DNA from: Nemertoderma westbladi | Lineage: Eukaryota > Animalia > Xenacoelomorpha | Direction of reading: 5' to 3' | Length of the DNA stretch: 32,764 nt | Assembly (NCBI GenBank): GCA_032718475.1 | Contig: JAUCBJ010006301.1 | Coordinates: forward strand, 1 to 32,764 | Shown here: positions 30,949 through 32,764 of the stretch, in pieces | Layout: each line of letters starts with the position of its first letter | How positions within the stretch are numbered: position 1 is the first letter of the stretch | The notes under the pieces: model-generated | The model's database searches: none | Seen by the model: the letters and a program-made list of their open reading frames with translations, nothing else | What the model was told of the DNA's origin: nothing | Program-made: the position numbers and the translations under genes

Positions 30949-32604
30949 ATGAACTCTAATAATTTCGTGCTAAGTTTCCATTGGTCTTCACTACTGAAAG
31001 TAAAATCTATAAAACAATCTCTCCAGAAGAAAGAGTTCGTTAGTTGGCCGTTAGACATTGACAAACCCACGGGGATGGTGTTACTGAGCGACCTAGACGT
31101 AAAGTTCCACACAGCGGCAGCGGTAATAGTTTGCGCGACTTCCGAGTACGAGGCCAGTCGTTGGTGTCGCGCAGAAGCGACATACGCATGGCAGATTGGT
31201 AAACCGATCGTACCGATAATATTAGAGGAAGGGTACAGACCACGCGGTTGGTTGGATACAATCTGCGGTCAGTCCGTGATAGACTTTACTAAAGAGCCCT
31301 TCCTGGACTGCATGGTTAGGTTGATCAACGTGCTGCGTAGGTTGGCGTCTATACCGAAGGATGAGAGACGGGAGGTGGAGACCTTAACCGAGCAGGAGAT
31401 GGGGCAGGCCTTGAGGAGATTAGTGTGTGACGATGGACTTATTGATTCAGATGCGGCGTCTTTTCGTAAGATACGCACAGGGAATTCCCGCCCGCGGTCC
31501 GCTATGGCTTCAGTCAGTCGTCCCGTTTCAGCATATAGCAACGGGAGTTTTACGCCTGGTAACCGGTCTGTAGCCCATGGCAACCGCGTAGTGACGTTCG
31601 GAAAACGACCTTCTACGGCACGCACACCCTCATCTACGCAGGTTGCTATGACTACTAGACCCAGAAGCGCGCGACTCGGTGCATCGGATAGTCTGGTCTC
31701 AGCCAACCAACAACGCGTATCCTATCCAACCACACCATCGGGTTTGGTAGACTTGGAACTCATTACGGAGGGACATCGAATTACCATGAAGGGTCCGGGT
31801 TGGTTGAGGCCTAATTACGTTGCTAGGCATAACAGACAATCTAATTCGTTGCTATGGGTGATAGACGGTAAGGGAGATAACACGGTCACAGTCCTGAGTG
31901 CGGATGGTAAGTACGCTGATCAGTTCGCCGTGTCGCATAGCAACCACGATCCACGGGGGATCTACGCTGGGTGCACTCCGGTTGCTATAGAAACCGACGA
32001 CAGCGACGGAATCTACGTGGCAACGTGTTGTTGTGTAAACCGTTGCCTTGACAACGGGGAGGTGATACAACACAGGTGTATAAAGTCTGGTCACCATAAC
32101 AACGATATACGCGACCTCGCCTTGGATTCCCGGGCCGATCTGCTTTTTATCGCCTTGGAGAGGAAAATCGCGGTTGTCAACTCCAGGACGATGGGTCAAC
32201 TGCATTACCTGCAAACGGAGAACCTACGGTCGGAAAGTCGCGTGCAACCAAGGTTTATAAAGTCGGTGCAATTCAACGGGACACGCGATCGTTTACTCGT
32301 GTCGCTAAGCGACGGGGTCTACGAGATGCAGGCGACCAGACCAGATCGATATAGCTACCCGACCAGTCGCCTTGGAAACCCTACCTGTCTGGCGGTGACC
32401 CCTAGCGGCGGAGTTGTATGTGGGGTTTACGATTACGCAACCGGATTGTTCCAGGTTAAATTATACGATAATCAGTTTCAGTTTCAGGTGTTGCTCTTTA
32501 CTGAAACTGGACACGTGACGTCTATGGCAGCGACATCGCGTGACGTCATACTGTGCCAACCATTGAAAAGTCAACTTGTGATTCATAAAAATATTTTGCG
32601 CTGA
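30949..32604 (+). CDS. TIR (TIR_2-type) domain + low-complexity linker + NHL-like beta-propeller protein, 551 aa, single exon
   Basis: aa ~5-130: FVLSFHW, VSWPLDID, AVIVCATSEYEASRWCRAEATYA, KPIVPIILEEGYRPRGWL, IDF. aa ~275-551: NHL-like blades (RPNYVA..LLWVIDG..TVTVLSADGKY, PVAIETDDSDGIYVA, DLALDSRADLLFIA, NPTCLAVTPSGGVVCG). AATAAA at 32719 and 32733. Confidence 0.82.
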   Translation: MNSNNFVLSFHWSSLLKVKSIKQSLQKKEFVSWPLDIDKPTGMVLLSDLDVKFHTAAAVIVCATSEYEASRWCRAEATYAWQIGKPIVPIILEEGYRPRGWLDTICGQSVIDFTKEPFLDCMVRLINVLRRLASIPKDERREVETLTEQEMGQALRRLVCDDGLIDSDAASFRKIRTGNSRPRSAMASVSRPVSAYSNGSFTPGNRSVAHGNRVVTFGKRPSTARTPSSTQVAMTTRPRSARLGASDSLVSANQQRVSYPTTPSGLVDLELITEGHRITMKGPGWLRPNYVARHNRQSNSLLWVIDGKGDNTVTVLSADGKYADQFAVSHSNHDPRGIYAGCTPVAIETDDSDGIYVATCCCVNRCLDNGEVIQHRCIKSGHHNNDIRDLALDSRADLLFIALERKIAVVNSRTMGQLHYLQTENLRSESRVQPRFIKSVQFNGTRDRLLVSLSDGVYEMQATRPDRYSYPTSRLGNPTCLAVTPSGGVVCGVYDYATGLFQVKLYDNQFQFQVLLFTETGHVTSMAATSRDVILCQPLKSQLVIHKNILR

Positions 32605-32764
32605 TTTTATGTACGACAATGTAACCGTACATTAATTGAAGACCCTACCCGTATATTATATAATATTTCCATGTATATGGACCATGCCCAAGTACATCGA
32701 CATTAAATTTGTACATGTAATAAATAATACACAATAAATATTAAATAGTAAAGTATAATATAAT

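Noticed and set aside
30949-32604. Bacterial anti-phage TIR gene (contamination or recent HGT)
   Set aside because: Motifs resemble invertebrate TIR_2 proteins, poly(A) signals follow, and intronless CDSs are the norm here; older HGT cannot be excluded without a phylogeny.

Overview
Eukaryotic (metazoan-type, probably invertebrate) gene-dense window with AT-rich spacers and GC/CpG-rich, intron-poor coding exons; the species cannot be determined from the sequence. Gene order: RALGAPB (+, 4.7-kb single-exon CDS), an RJL/DNAJC27-type small GTPase without J domain (-, 3 exons, LINE fragment in intron 1), BBS9/PTHB1 (+, 2 exons, divergent from RJL), an ~8-kb repeat-rich spacer (43-bp satellite, MITE-like inverted repeats, tRNA-derived SINE-like head, 16-bp minisatellite), HYLS1 (-), CEP43/FGFR1OP (-), a hAT-like MITE, a young 5'-truncated L2/CR1-group LINE and an unrecognised TIR + NHL/beta-propeller gene (+). 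Main observations: (1) four cilium/centriole-associated genes cluster here with RFX X-box motifs, and the neighbouring TIR-propeller gene keeps the NADase-type Glu, has four RPx[S/T]A motifs and a dense exonic X-box cluster, making it a candidate ciliary TIR signalling protein; (2) three of six genes carry tandem arrays whose unit is their own last ~10 codons plus stop codon (46 bp x33, 40 bp x10, 34 bp x3). Gene identities rest on recalled motif similarity, not on database searches.
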